The notes under the pieces are model-generated. The model saw only the letters and a list, made by a program, of their open reading frames with translations, was not told where the DNA came from and ran no database searches. A stretch of 64,000 nucleotides of DNA from Vicugna vicugna. Lineage: Eukaryota. The first letter of the stretch is position 1. Each line of letters starts with the position of its first letter. A program made the position numbers and the translations under genes. The stretch is taken from assembly GCA_013265495.1 (NCBI GenBank), contig MU057930.1:195599-259598 (forward strand), in the 5' to 3' direction. This document shows, one piece after another, positions 36,074 through 48,310 of this stretch.

Positions 36074-39000
36074 CTGGGGAAAAATAATTTAGTTTCTGTC
36101 ATAATTATATTCATATTTCACAAACATGGTGCTAACATGGTAATGGAGAGTCTTGTACCAAAGAAGAAACTAGTAATGAGAGACAGAGAGACACAGTCCT
36201 GATGACATCAGTTGAGGTCCTGGATCAAGCCATACCTGAAGCCTGTGCAGGACATTTCATCTACATAAATTTAAGGAAAAGGGTAACGTGATGCTGCACG
36301 GTGGTCGGAGTGTTGTGAATTGGGACACTCAAGCATGCGTTTGACCTTTTATGAGTGGGGCCAACCCATTCCCCCATCTCCATCCTCCCATGGTCATCCC
36401 GGGTGACTGGTCAACCTATGGCTTCAAGTGCTGGACTCATGCCCACACCAGCTCTGCCTGGGTGTGCTTAGACGTCTAAGGAACCACAGGGAGGTGAATG
36501 TTGTTGGAACAGAAGGTTTTGTCTGGTCCAAGACAGAGGGAGAGGAACGTGACCTACATCCAGCCACATCTGGAGGCCCTGGCAGCCTGGCCTCCTGATC
36601 CCAGCTGGCCACGTAGCTGGATCTACAATGCAGGGAAAAACCCAGCAGCACCTCCCAGGGTTTTGCAAGCATCACATGAAACCATCTAAAACCTACAGGA
36701 GGTGCTTAGTAAATGCATGGTCCTTGCTCCCAGGCCCTAAAAACAGTCTAACCTAAAAGGTTCACAAAGCCAGTGGAGCCCGGGCTGATCCACGCACACG
36801 TGTGTCTGCCCCTTCGGCCCGGAAGGCCGCCTGCTGTCGCGAAGGATCCTGTCCGCTCCGAGCGCCTGCTGGAGCCCTCGTGGCATCGCCTCCCGGCCCC
36901 CGTGTCCCTCTCACCTTACGCTCACACTACTTCGAGCTGAAAGACGCATTTGCGAAATTGGCTTCCACAGCCGCTCCCCCGACTTGGCTCCGGCAGGAAG
37001 CTGAGGCTTTTCCAAAAGCCCTGGCCCGAGCCGGGAAGGCGCCCGGCGTGGGGACTCACGGGCAGGCGGCCGGTGCTCGGAAGGCGGTGCGCGTCCACGT
37101 CGGCCACGCGTGCGCCGGCCGGTCCCGGGGGCGCGGGGGGCAGACGCCCCTCTCTGGAAGTCCCCTCTGGGAGAGACTGGGAGCTGGGCATTGACCGCGC
37201 GTGGCCCGAAGGCCACGGCTCGCATTTCATTTTTAGTGACATGTTTGCACGGGGCCAGACCCAATCTGTGTTGAGTGGGGTCGGGGTGCGGGATGCAGGC
37301 TTCTGGAAACATGGCTTTTCAGCGATGGCGTGACTCAGAAGTCATGGGAAGTATTGAGCGCGTTCCTCCGGACTGCTTTCCTCCTTGCAAGAGCTGTTTC
37401 ATTCCCGTTTGACCAGCCCAGCGTCCCAGCGTGGCGTCCCCCCGCCATCCACATGCCCGGCAGCCTCCTGCTCCGACCCGCCCTCGTCCAGGTTCACATC
37501 CACGTCTGTCTCCAATCTCACTCTGCAAACGTGGTCGAGCTGGACACTCGAGAGAGAACAGGGCGTCCTGAGACGCAGAGGTGGGGCTCTCGCTCCTCCT
37601 GCCCGGCCGGCACCTCCGGTCCCGGGGACCCGCCTGCGTGCCCACGTGCTTCAGAAGCAGCTGCAGTGCAGACCAGTGTTCGTCGGAACATCTGTGCAGC
37701 GGGGCTTGGAGAAACAGTAGGAACAAAAGGCATTGTACGAGGCGGCGGCGTGCTGGCTTGACAAACATTCTCTGCCTCCTTTTCCTCTTTTCTTTGCTTC
37801 TTTTTTAGGCTGAAAATAGCTTTAGAAGCAAGAACAACATTCCATACCCTATGCTTTTCTTCCAAAGTCACTTATCTTGAATTGCAACGTGTTTACTTCT
37901 TCTGCCAAGGAATCGATCTCGTGTTTCAGGGGTACGGGGTTGGGGGGATCAGCTCACAGAGGGTGAAACCCGGGGACCATACTGTCTGCTCCAACCCAGC
38001 CCCTGGCTTACACATCTCACCTGCGCAAAAGCTAATGGCCCAGCAAGCTACTGTCCTTGGCCACCTCTGGGGAAGCCTGTTCCCTTCCTGCTTAAGCGTA
38101 AGTTTTAGAAAGTTCTTATCTGATTGACAGTCGGTCTCCTGATTAGTGTCGACGACTTTCTCTCATTCTAGGTCCCCGACGCTCTGCCTCCGGTCCTCGG
38201 ATGCTTCTCCACAGACTCAAGGTGCTCCCTTCCACCAGGTAAGTGTTCTTTGAAAGAAGCCGAGGTTTCCAACACCGCCCCCCTCTTTGCTCCTTTGGAG
38301 AACCCTCCAGTTTGGGAAGGATGTGGGAGCCGCAGAGGGGAGCTCTGTGGGATGATGGTTTACACAACGCAGGATGCGAAGTGCAATCCACTCACAACAC
38401 AAAAATGTCCTCAAAGACACAGCACGTTAGGACACTTGGACAAAATAAAGGTTCTCCTTGCTTCAGGAACTAAGAACTCCCAAAATATAGACACCCTCTG
38501 GAATTTACTCCCCCCGTTTATGGCTGAATATCAATACTTACAGAGAAATAACTCAAGTTTTTTTTTTTTAAGTTGAAATCTCTATGGTCAGTGCCTAGAA
38601 ATATATATTAAGCCGTTAATTTGTAATTTATCCCCTCCCCCAAAACTTAAAAGAGCAATATTATTCCTAACTCCTAAGGGAGAGGTGAAGACAGACATAT
38701 AATTTCAAACTTTTGGGGGATGGAAATGCCACTAATGTAGACTTTAGTTCCAGACACGTATGACGGTGTGTGCAGGTCCGGGGGTAAGAGCTCGGAGATT
38801 CTAAATGATTGATTTTTTCCTTGTGATCTTAGGAAAGTTACATAACCTTTCTCTTTTAGCCTCTTTTTTTTTCCCCCCTCCTGTTCCGTGTAATTGGAAT
38901 AACAAGTATATTATGTTGCTGTCAGGAAGACAAAATGAGATGTAAAGAAGAGTGTTTTAACGCTCTGTCTGGTCCTCAGTAACACAGTCTGCAAATAAAT

Positions 39001-39649
39001 ATTCGATGTGAGGGTTATTTATAGGAAACCACGGTTCTGTTTTTGTTGTGTTTCTTGGCAGCAGTCGGACGCACTCTGGATTTGTGGCTCGCCCGTGGCA
39101 AACGAGGAAGGTGACAGGAGAGATATTTCTACCTCGTCATACTCGTCCCAGCTCTTTGGGATCAGCTTTCTACCTGGATCTGACATCCATCTCCCCGTGG
39201 ACCCTGGAGAATGGTTCTCAGTGGATGGTGCTGTTCCGAGACACATGAAACATCCCTTGGTCTCTGTGGGGGGGGGCGCCACGATCCGGTGGTTCCCTGG
39301 GAGAGCTGGTGGACGGACGTAAAGAGGGGGAAGGAATTCATTTCACAGAAAGGAACGGTGTCACGAGAGGCCCGTCTCCAGCCAGAAGCTCCCCAAGTGT
39401 CCGTGTCTCCTTCACCACTGACCAGTCGGTGCTTCCCAGCTCGGTGACCTTGGGCAAAAAAGCCACCTTGGTTTCTGTACCTGACATGGGGATGCTGGCC
39501 CCAGTCCAGAACACCATTTGGGAAAGCCTTTTGTAGATCTCAGAGGTGACTGCGCACGGGAGGGGCTGTGGTTTCATTTTGTCTAAAGGTCTGTGGTTCT
39601 ACCCTGGCCTTTTTTTTTTTTTTAATTTGGAGGGAGGGGTGGTGGGGTC

Positions 39650-40100
39650 GACCTACTGAAAGGGTTACTGATTCACAGCAAGGGCATGAATTCGTGTATT
39701 AAGAGGCGTCGACCTCATACATGCCTGGCAAGGTGAATTCCGGGACCCTGTGTCTCGGTTCTGAGTCTGCGCTGACCCTCTCTGCAGCCTCGGCCGTGAC
39801 TAGGAAGGCCAGACATTTCACTGGGTCAGTCGCAGGACGAATAATATGCAGAGAGAGAGCTTCCTTCTAATTGATGGGAAGGCTTGCTCTGAGAAACGCC
39901 ATCCACGCGGATCTGTTGCCACTGAAATGGCGTGTGAGGGAAATAACCCAAAGGGAAGCCGGGGAGGCAGCAGCCCTGAGACACCACCAGATGTGAGTGG
40001 GGCCTCCCATCCTGAGTGTGTGGCCAGCACAACCGGCGGTGGGGACCGACCCTCCGGCCACATGAAAAAAAAAATCCCCTAGATGGTGTCAGTTATGTAA
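39650..40100 (-). pseudogene. Degenerate T-box domain (TBX6/MGA type), apparently intronless
   Basis: In order, across frameshifts: WPEGRSP (WITGLDP-like), SGLLPPRLPFGLFPSHAISVAT ([21 protein letters not shown]), WM, HII, LVTAEAAERV (LVPAEKAVEV), EFTLP (TFTFP), EF, L*ISNPF (LKIDYNPF). Confidence 0.7.
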
Positions 40101-41299
40101 TTTTGTAATTTCGGACTCTTTGCCTTGTAACTGCGTTTTCCTGTCCCTCCTGGACAGGCCTCCCTGGTGACCAGTCCTCGGTCACAGCATCCTCCCCACC
40201 GCGGGCTCACCGGAGATCCAGGCACCTCCTGTCCCTGTACTTAACCGGCTCTCCCTGCGGGGTATGTGTTGGTTACAGTTTCGGACCCTCATTCACCTGC
40301 CGCGTGTGGGATGCGTGCGAGGCAGACAAGCAAGTTCCTTTCTCGGACTGGGAGGCGAGAGCGATAGCTCTGGGAGTGTGACTGTGAAGCCCTTTATCCT
40401 GTTTGTGCTTAGCCAGTGTCCCCGACACCTGGAGCACGGGGCTTCTGAAATGTATCAGAAGTGGGTGCCCAGTCTGCTTAGAACAGAATCGACCAAATCC
40501 TAGGCTTCGGTTCTTGAGCCGGAGGTGGGGGGACAGGGGCTGGGGGGCTGGGCTGGGGAGATGGGAGGCTGGGGCGGTGCGGGGCAGGGGCAGGCCCTCT
40601 GGGGACACCCGTGACATCTCCAGGAGCCTTTACCGAGCCAGCTCCACAGAATGCCTTGAGAATGCATTTCCAACGGGGTGGCTGTGTGTGTGGGGGTGCA
40701 TCCTGGATTCTGTCTTTATTTCCTCAAATTAGTATTTGTTCTCTTAAAAGTGGGTCTCCCTCCTCTTCCTCCTCGTGGTCACATGCTGGAGCCCGGAGGC
40801 CGCAGGACCACTCACTGCCTCAGCAGCGGTTTTCCCCACAGGGGAAAACCCACACAGGCACGCCAACCCAAATCACCCCAAATCAGACAGCCTCCTGGGT
40901 CCCCTTGGCTTTTCCGAAGATTCCTGGGGACTCGAGAAGTCCTCCTTTTCTGTTGCCTTAACCCTCGAGTGGCTGGAAACGATTGCTGGGAGAGGAGCAA
41001 GTGCACACGGTTGGCACCCAGCAGGGCCGGCGAGAGCTGAGGTCAGCTCGCACGCGAGGGCCGGGACCGGGCCTCCCCTGGCTGCCCTGGTTGCCCCAGG
41101 AAGCCGGCCCGGCGCTCTGCAGACGCATAAATCGGCAGCCTATTTAAGCTCGGTGTTTTTCCTCACGGGTTCCTTCTGCACAGGAGCGTTCAGAGGGAGG
41201 CAGTTTTCTCGCTAATAAAACATTTATTTAAGTCACAAACTTGCTGGGCACACCGGGGGGAGGGCACGGATTTCCCAGTTTCCCTGTTCTCCGAGGTAG

Positions 41300-42990
41300 G
41301 GGCTAGGGGACCAGGCAGCAACGCCCCTCCCCCAGCGTCTGCACCCCTTGGGGTGGGGGTGCCTGGAACGCGAGGAGGGCGCACCGGTCTTTCGACCTGT
41401 TTTCCGCTGTTGCTCAGAGGTGTCGCTCTGCGGTGGATGGCGCTCGGCACCCCCCCCAAAACCCGCGCCGCGCTCTCCCCTGCACAGGGCGGTGCAGGTC
41501 CGCCCGGGGACCTCGGCGTAGGGTCCCCGCGCCCGCGGGCAAAGGGCCGGAGACCCGGCAGCGCGCGGCACGCACCGGGTCCCCGGGAGCTCGGTCCCAC
41601 TCGGCCCCCGGGGCCGCTGCGCAGGTGACGGCCGAAGGCGGGAGCGCCTCGCGTCCTCGGACCCGAGGCTCCGGGCGGGACCGGCCAGGAGGGGCCCGCA
41701 GGCCGGCGCCCGGCCCCCCTGCACGCCCACCCGCCGCCGCCCGCAGCCGCCCGCGCGCGGGGTGGCGAGTCCAGGGCGCAGCGCCCACCCGGGGACGGTC
41801 CCGCGCCCGGATCCCGCGCCCTCCGCGAAGTTGTGGCTCCCCTGCCCGCCCCGCAGGGCGGCAGCCGGAGTGCACTTACCCGCTCGCCCCGCTCCGTCCC
41901 TGAAGGTCAAGGCCGGGTGGCGGCGGCGGGCGCGCTGCGGGGCCCGGGGCGGGGGGCGCCGCCGGGCNNNNNNNNNNNNNNNNNNNNNNNNNNNNNNNNN
42001 NNNNNNNNNNNNNNNNNNNNNNNNNNNNNNNNNNNNNNNNNNNNNNNNNNNNNNNNNNNNNNNNNNNNNNNNNNNNNNNNNNNNNNNNNNNNNNNNNNNN
42101 NNNNNNNNNNNNNNNNNNNNNNNNNNNNNNNNNNNNNNNNNNNNNNNNNNNNNNNNNNNNNNNNNNNNNNNNNNNNNNNNNNNNNNNNNNNNNNNNNNNN
42201 NNNNNNNNNNNNNNNNNNNNNNNNNNNNNNNNNNNNNNNNNNNNNNNNNNNNNNNNNNNNNNNNNNNNNNNNNNNNNNNNNNNNNNNNNNNNNNNNNNNN
42301 NNNNNNNNNNNNNNNNNNNNNNNNNNNNNNNNNNNNNNNNNNNNNNNNNNNNNNNNNNNNNNNNNNNNNNNNNNNNNNNNNNNNNNNNNNNNNNNNNNNN
42401 NNNNNNNNNNNNNNNNNNNNNNNNNNNNNNNNNNNNNNNNNNNNNNNNNNNNNNNNNNNNNNNNNNNNNNNNNNNNNNNNNNNNNNNNNNNNNNNNNNNN
42501 NNNNNNNNNNNNNNNNNNNNNNNNNNNNNNNNNNNNNNNNNNNNNGGGCGGGTGTGGGGGGGGCGGCCGCCGCAGACCCAGGCAGGGGGAGCCGCCGCGC
42601 CGCCCCCCGCGGCCCCGCGCGCGCCCCTCCGCCTCTGCGCCCCCGGTGCTCCCGCTCGGCCTCAGCCTTGGGGGTCTCCTCCCTCTCCTCCTGCCCTCCT
42701 GCCCTCCCTCTTTCCGGAGCCCCCACCCCCCCCACTCCCCCGCTGCAGCCCCGCGCTGCGACTANNNNNNNNNNNNNNNNNNNNNNNNNNNNNNNNNNNN
42801 NNNNNNNNNNNNNNNNNNNNNNNNNNNNNNNNNNNNNNNNNNNNNNNNNNNNNNNNNNNNNNNNNNNNNCCCGGGCAGGAAGGGGTGCGAGGGGGATGGG
42901 GCAGAGGCAGGGGGAAGGTCCAGACCAGAGCGCCCGAGACAGCGCTTACATAAGGGGAGGGGGTGCGGTTCTGGGATAAAGTGATGAGGC
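41300..42990. promoter_or_regulatory. CpG island, probable promoter of the minus-strand MGA-like relic (partly gapped)
   Basis: Very high GC/CpG. Minus-strand donor gagcgg|gtaagt with last exon base at 41880; candidate acceptor ttttattag| at ~41212. Confidence 0.7.
41968..42869. other. Assembly gaps (41968-42545, 42765-42869) inside the CpG island
   Basis: N bases. Confidence 1.
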
Positions 42991-43960
42991 GCGCAGTGGT
43001 GGTGGGCCCTGCAGAACAGGGATCCAGGTTTCTGCCCTACAAGGCAGGAAGCGCCCCCTCCCCAGATACGTGTGTCCTCCTGGGCTGGGCCCCGTGGCTG
43101 AGGGACCAGATCCTGTCACACACTGCACACACCGCACACACCGCACACACCGCACACACACCCCGCTTTCCTGCGGGCCAGGCTGTGCAGGGCCAGGAAA
43201 GGAGGTCGTGTCCCCCCCCCCCCTGCAGCTGAGCATTCTGAAGATGCGCTGTCAGGGATGGAGTGAGGTGGGGGTGCAGGACAGGGGTACCCAGGCCTAG
43301 ACCGGAACTGCACCGCAGGCCAGAAGCAGAGCAGCACCCCTCCCAGAGGACAGGGCGTTCAGGCCCCGCATGCTCTGATTCCGGTCTCCACCACGTGTGG
43401 CCCCCAACACACCAGTGACCGGAGCGGTCCAGCGTCCTGATAGAAGTCCTGTTGTGTGCACACAAGGGACTGCTGGACAGAGGAAGGCGCCTGTGCATGC
43501 AGGGACCCTGACCTTGATTTCCCAGTGCTCCAGAAGGCATAAGTTGGGGTGGGGGACGGTGGACAGTCTTTGTCTGAGCTCATTGCAGGCACAGCCTCCC
43601 TGACACAGGACACACGACCTGACCCCTCTGGAAGCAGCATCTCCTCCGAGGGCAGCTGAGTTAAGGATGCGAGCAGGACAGGTGCTGTGATCGTAGTGGG
43701 TTGCTCTGGCCTGGCGTGGACTGGAGGGGCGCTCATTCCCGAGGGGTGGGATGGAGGGCACCCACTTCCCCTGGGGCCAGAGAAGGAGCCCACATCACTG
43801 GTGCCCAGCAACCGGGAAGGAGGCTGCACTGGCCTTTGTTTGGGTCTGCGGTCTGAGAAAGGTGGAGGGGTGGAAGGGAGGTCCTTGCAGGTGAGATGAC
43901 TCTGCAGTCCGGGGGCTTCCCCAGGCCACCTGGGGGAGGATGCCAAGTACCTGTACTCAC

Positions 43961-46590
43961 CAGAGCCATCTGAGAGGCATCAATACTGTGCAATTTTCCC
44001 CCAGGGCTGCAGCCCTCATTCTGGAATTCTGGAATGAAGCTACGTAGTCAGCCTTTAGGTCTTCACTAGCCAAAAAATAAAAAAGAAGGGTAACTGAATG
44101 CATAAGCCTGCTTGTCCACCATCATACACACAAAGAGTTCCTATTTCTTGGGGGGGGTCCCCAAAGAGAGGAGCAGATTTCTGACATTCTCCATTAAACT
44201 TAATTTTGTCCGCAAAATCTATCCGAGTCCCCCCCCCCCGAACGAGGACCATGCAGGTGTGAGGCACTAGGAGGTGTGAGATGAAAGGTACCCAATTCCT
44301 GGCTCCCCAGACGGGCTCTGGTTTTGATGGTGAGAAGGTGAAGCCAGTTCAGGGAGCATCTTGGAGATCATCGTGGTGAGGTTTTGGCCACCATCTGTTA
44401 ACGTCTTGTGTGTGTGTGTTTTAATTGAGTTGAATTCCCAGAGGAGGCCTGGGACAGAAGGTAGTACAGTGGACAGTTCTTAGGTTGGACGGTATCCCTG
44501 CCCCGCAAAAGTCATACCGGGTCCTGGCTGTGCGCACCGTCAGGTCCAGGCTGCTCCTGGCTCTGCGCTGGGCTAGTTACGTTCTGTGCTCAGTCCCTGT
44601 TCCCCACAGCCCTGCCCGCACGGGGAGGCTCTTACCAGCCATCTTTCTCCTTGTAGAATTTTTTTTTTTTTGCTTTTTTGGTTGGGTTTTTTTTTTTTTA
44701 ATTTCTATTCACTCCTTTTCTTCCTCCTTGTCCCGAAATTACATCTAAAACCAAGTCCTGGAGGAAGGCGGCTCTCATGTGGTCTCCCTGGAGTGACCTG
44801 TTTTGGGAGCAGATAACAGGGTGGGTTCCAAAGTGAAAAGTCAGGAGCTGCTAAAACGTCTCGTCTTTCTGGATATGGCTCCATGTTCTGACCCTTAATC
44901 GCAGCCTTGGGACGTTGACGGGGTATCTGTTGGTCCCATTAGGGTTTCACCTTTTCCCCATCTGTGTAACGTTTGTGCAAAAACAAACAAAAAAATCTTT
45001 CCTTGCTCCTGAGTGTGTGAAGCAAACTGAACACCCAGCCCAGACCCTGCAGGGAAACTTGAACTTCAGAAAAAGTCGGCAGAGATAAATGGACGTGCCT
45101 TCATCCCAGTGTCAATGACAGTGTTTTTCCAACTGCAGGTCGTGACCAGCTAGAGGGTCCGGAAGCGGCTGAAGCGGATGCGATGAGAATTTAAAAAAAA
45201 AAAATCCAGTGGATTGTAACATACCGGAAGGCACTGTGTTTTGGTTCCTTCTTCTGATTTGTGCATATGTTTTTAAAATACTTTTTAAATTTTATTGAAG
45301 TGTAGTTGATTTGCAGTGTTAGTTTCAGGTGTACAGCAAAGTGATTCCATTTTATATACATATATATATATATTCTTTTTCAGATTCTTTTCCATGATAT
45401 GCTATTACCAGATATGGAATATAGTTCCCTGTGCTGTACAGTAGGTGCCTGTTGATTTATTTTCGATTTGTATATATATATTTTAAGGGCCTGACGTTTA
45501 ATTTTCAGCTTTGTCGTTTTCATCTTTCACGTGTGCATCAGTGCCCACGATGCTCACACATTGGGTATCTGACTCCAAGGAATCTCTCTTCTACACACTG
45601 TTGGCCAAAGGCTGTGGGTAGCTGACCTTTTTTTTTTTCCTTCAAGCCCTTGGCACTTTTAAGCTTTTTGTATTTTGCCTCGAACTGGTGTTGCCTCTTT
45701 CACGGTTTGGTGTCTTGGTTGGCTCCGAGGGTGAATCTGTGCAGTCCTCTACTGAAGTCCTGGGGGCACCCCTTTATACATTTTTTAAAAATTCATCGTT
45801 TGTGGCTGTGTTCTACACACATTCCTATTAGGTGGGAAATTAGACTTGCTTCTTTAATAATTTTCCTTAAAAAAGGAAGCAAGGAGAAAACAGCGTCCTG
45901 TGCAGACGAGCTGGTTGCATGTGCGATGTGGGCTGTTACCGTCCAAGGTGTTGGAGGATCCACGCCCCATGAGAGGGAGACTTTGAAAGGTGCAGAATGT
46001 ACGGGCCGGGGACAGTGGATGGAGAGGAAAGAAGAAATGTTCTTGATAAAAAAAAAAAAAAGTCATCAGAGGGATGTCTTGAAGCGACAGGTGAGCCCAC
46101 TGGGTTGGTTTTCATTTTAAGTGGCAGTAGCATTTGGGAACGAACTCGTGAGCGAGGGGACCCGTCCATGGGCTTGGGGCAGGTGGACAGGACCAGGGAA
46201 GGCCCCCCAGCGACCCAGGGCTCCCTCTGATGAAGAGGAGCAGGGAAGGAATCCGCTGCTTTCTGACCGTCTAACGCCCTGTCTTGTCTGAGCAAGAGCT
46301 GGCGGCAGTCCAGCCGGAGACGGGTGTGGGCCCCGGGGCGAGCATCTCTCTCTAGGTCCACTTGTCAAAGGGTGGCGTGTGTGTTTTCCTGAACGGACTG
46401 TCAGTCTTCGGGGGTAATCCTAGAGCAAGCTGGGCGTGGTCCAGCGTTTTATATAGAAGATGGAACATCTTTCCGGAGAGCTTTTGGACGGTGTCTTCCT
46501 CTGGCTTGACTCTATCGCCTGGATTGATCCAATAATAATTACTCCCTCCTTGGCGTCACTTTGAACGTGCAAACACATGTCTTCATCCTA
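43961..46590 (-). pseudogene. Low-complexity (K/S/E-rich) decayed exons downstream of the GREB1 block: 45558-45865, 44636-44961, 43961-44065 and a segment starting ~46587
   Basis: Acceptors ttttctccttgcttccttttttaag|, gttacacag|, cttctttttattttttggctag| and donors |gtgagc, |gtaaga, |gtgagt. Protein-like frames with scattered stops. Confidence 0.5.
45285..45470 (-). mobile_element. L1 3' end
   Basis: ttattgaagtgtagttgatttgcagtgttagtttcaggtgtacagc. Confidence 0.75.
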
Positions 46591-46949
46591 AGAAGCTACC
46601 CAGACGGTCCCCTCTGCGTCCGCCTCCTGTGAGGGCCACCGACCTCGCGGCTCCGTCTCCCAGGACCGCAGCTCGTGTCGGCCAGCGCCCAGCATCGCTG
46701 GAACGTGGTCGGGTGTCCCGTCCTGCGATTCCAAACTCCGCATTCATCAGACTTGGTTTATCAACCGGTCAGTTTGCTCTCTGACTCTGTGGCCAGTTCT
46801 GTGGGTGTTCAAGTGCGTCTTGGGATGAGGGTGGCCGTGTTGAAATTATACAGGTTTTTGTGATTTTTTTTTAAGTTAGGTGGCACCTACGTGTTGACGT
46901 AGGTGAAAACTGACTTGCTGGTTTAGGCCAAACGTAAAATAAAGCGAAC

Positions 46950-47700
46950 ACTAAAACCTGAGGAAAGCCAATGAATGAGCTAACGCAGGGAGCAGAAACT
47001 CGCCTTCAAGGCTCCGAGGCCATTTCTCCTTCTCCGTCCCGGTTTCCTGTTTTACTTTACTGTCTAAGCTTTTTATCGTCAGCCTATGACTCTCAGTAAC
47101 TTGTGCAAATCCTTTCAAGGTTCCTGTTGGGGGCAGCCCAGTGTAAAACGGCTAAGGTGTCAGATAGACGCGCTTGGTGCAGTTAAACTCACATTTTTGG
47201 TGCATCCCATCTTCATCTGTGAACAGAAGCGCCCATACGAGTAAGACTTTCCTGGAAAGGAAGTCTTTGAGAATGGGGATCACTGCACATGGAAACATTG
47301 CCAACCCGCCTGGCATAGCTGCTTTGTTCCAGAAAAATACGCGTTAAGCTCAGTGCACTGCAAAGGTACGACTGCAGTCATAAGGTAACAAATGCTAGTT
47401 CGGACTTGGGCGCTTTTTAAAAAACGTTCCTTGCAGCAACTGCAGGTCGGGAACACGACCACAGGAACTGCAAGAGAAGGGACATTGGGCGTTTGGATGG
47501 TTGGGTTGATGGTCTTCCTTTCAAAGATGTTACCCAGGTGCACGTCCGAGGCATCCGTGTTGCATTCACCAGGAGACCGCGGACAGAACGGAGAATCTGT
47601 TTCCACCATTTGCACGCGGATCCGGTGCCGTCTCAGTTACCTTCTGAAACCCTCCTTGCCTATGAGGTGTCGAGAACACACTTCAGTCTGTGTTTTATAG
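46950..47700 (-). pseudogene. GREB1-family terminal conserved block remnant
   Basis: ERFLK and frameshifted LRVIG-DDKKLRQ...KWPRSLEGEF...LAFL match the recalled GREB1 C-terminus. Confidence 0.65.
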
Positions 47701-48064
47701 GGTTGCCTTTTAGGTAGCGGGAGGGGTCCTTGCTTCCCACGGAGTGGGCGCTTGATAGAAATTGGTGGTCTGTGTCTGAGTCACGGCGGGAAGGGGAGGG
47801 GATCCCGATGTCTGGAGCGAGGGGACCCATTCCTTTCTAAACGGATACATGGGGTGGACTTCCAGCAGACTGGAAATCCAGGGGAAAGCCTGCCAAAGGG
47901 GAGAGCATTGAGGACTTTTAGGAAAATGCCCCCTTTTGTGACGAGCTCACCATGCCTCCGTTTCCAAAGAGACAAGGAAACCCAGGTGCGCAAAGGGGAC
48001 CTTCGGGTTTCGTCAACTGGATGTTTAACAAGCTATTTTGTATTCTTTTTAAATTAATTTCTTA

Positions 48065-48310
48065 AAAATGTTTATTGAAGTGCAGTCAGTTACCACGTGT
48101 CCATCTCCGGTGCGCAGCACGACGTCCCAGTCATGCACATACATACATACATTCGTTTTCAGATTCTTTTTTCATTAAAGGTTATTACAAGGTGTTGAAT
48201 ATAGTTCCCTGTGCTAGACAGAAGAAATCTGGGTTTTTAAAATCTATTTTTATAAATAGTGGTTAACATTGGCAAATCGCAAAACTCCCAAATGTATCCC
48301 TTCCCCCCTC
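48065..48310 (-). mobile_element. L1 3' end
   Basis: tttattgaagtgcagtcagtt...atagttccctgtgc. Confidence 0.75.

Larger units (their letters stand above)
9700..41967 (-). pseudogene. Decayed multi-exon MGA-like gene (T-box / MGA domain / possible bHLH-Zip), unprocessed pseudogene
   Basis: Collinear remnants: T-box (~39650-40100), MGA conserved region (~30840-31025), LLGEGSAL...YVNG exon (18990-19113), possible bHLH-Zip (12951-13300), FRMSK-IF (~10495-10525; cf. FMMPRIV). More than 15 AG/GT-bounded exon candidates; AATAAA at 9707-9712; frequent stops and frameshifts. Confidence 0.72.

Noticed and set aside
41233..42984. 383-500 aa ORFs (also 15398-16474)
   Set aside because: Artefacts of translating through N gaps
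41300..42990. Island as DHRSX/ZBED1 exon 1
   Set aside because: No DHRSX N-terminus or ZBED1 transposase-like ORF is visible anywhere in the window; cannot be fully excluded inside the gap
43118..43160. 9-bp tandem (cacaccgca)n
   Set aside because: Simple degenerate CA repeat with no spacers; not CRISPR-like
46884..46905. Perfect 9-bp hairpin cacctacgt-gttg-acgtaggtg
   Set aside because: Too short; could arise by chance in 64 kb; no supporting context
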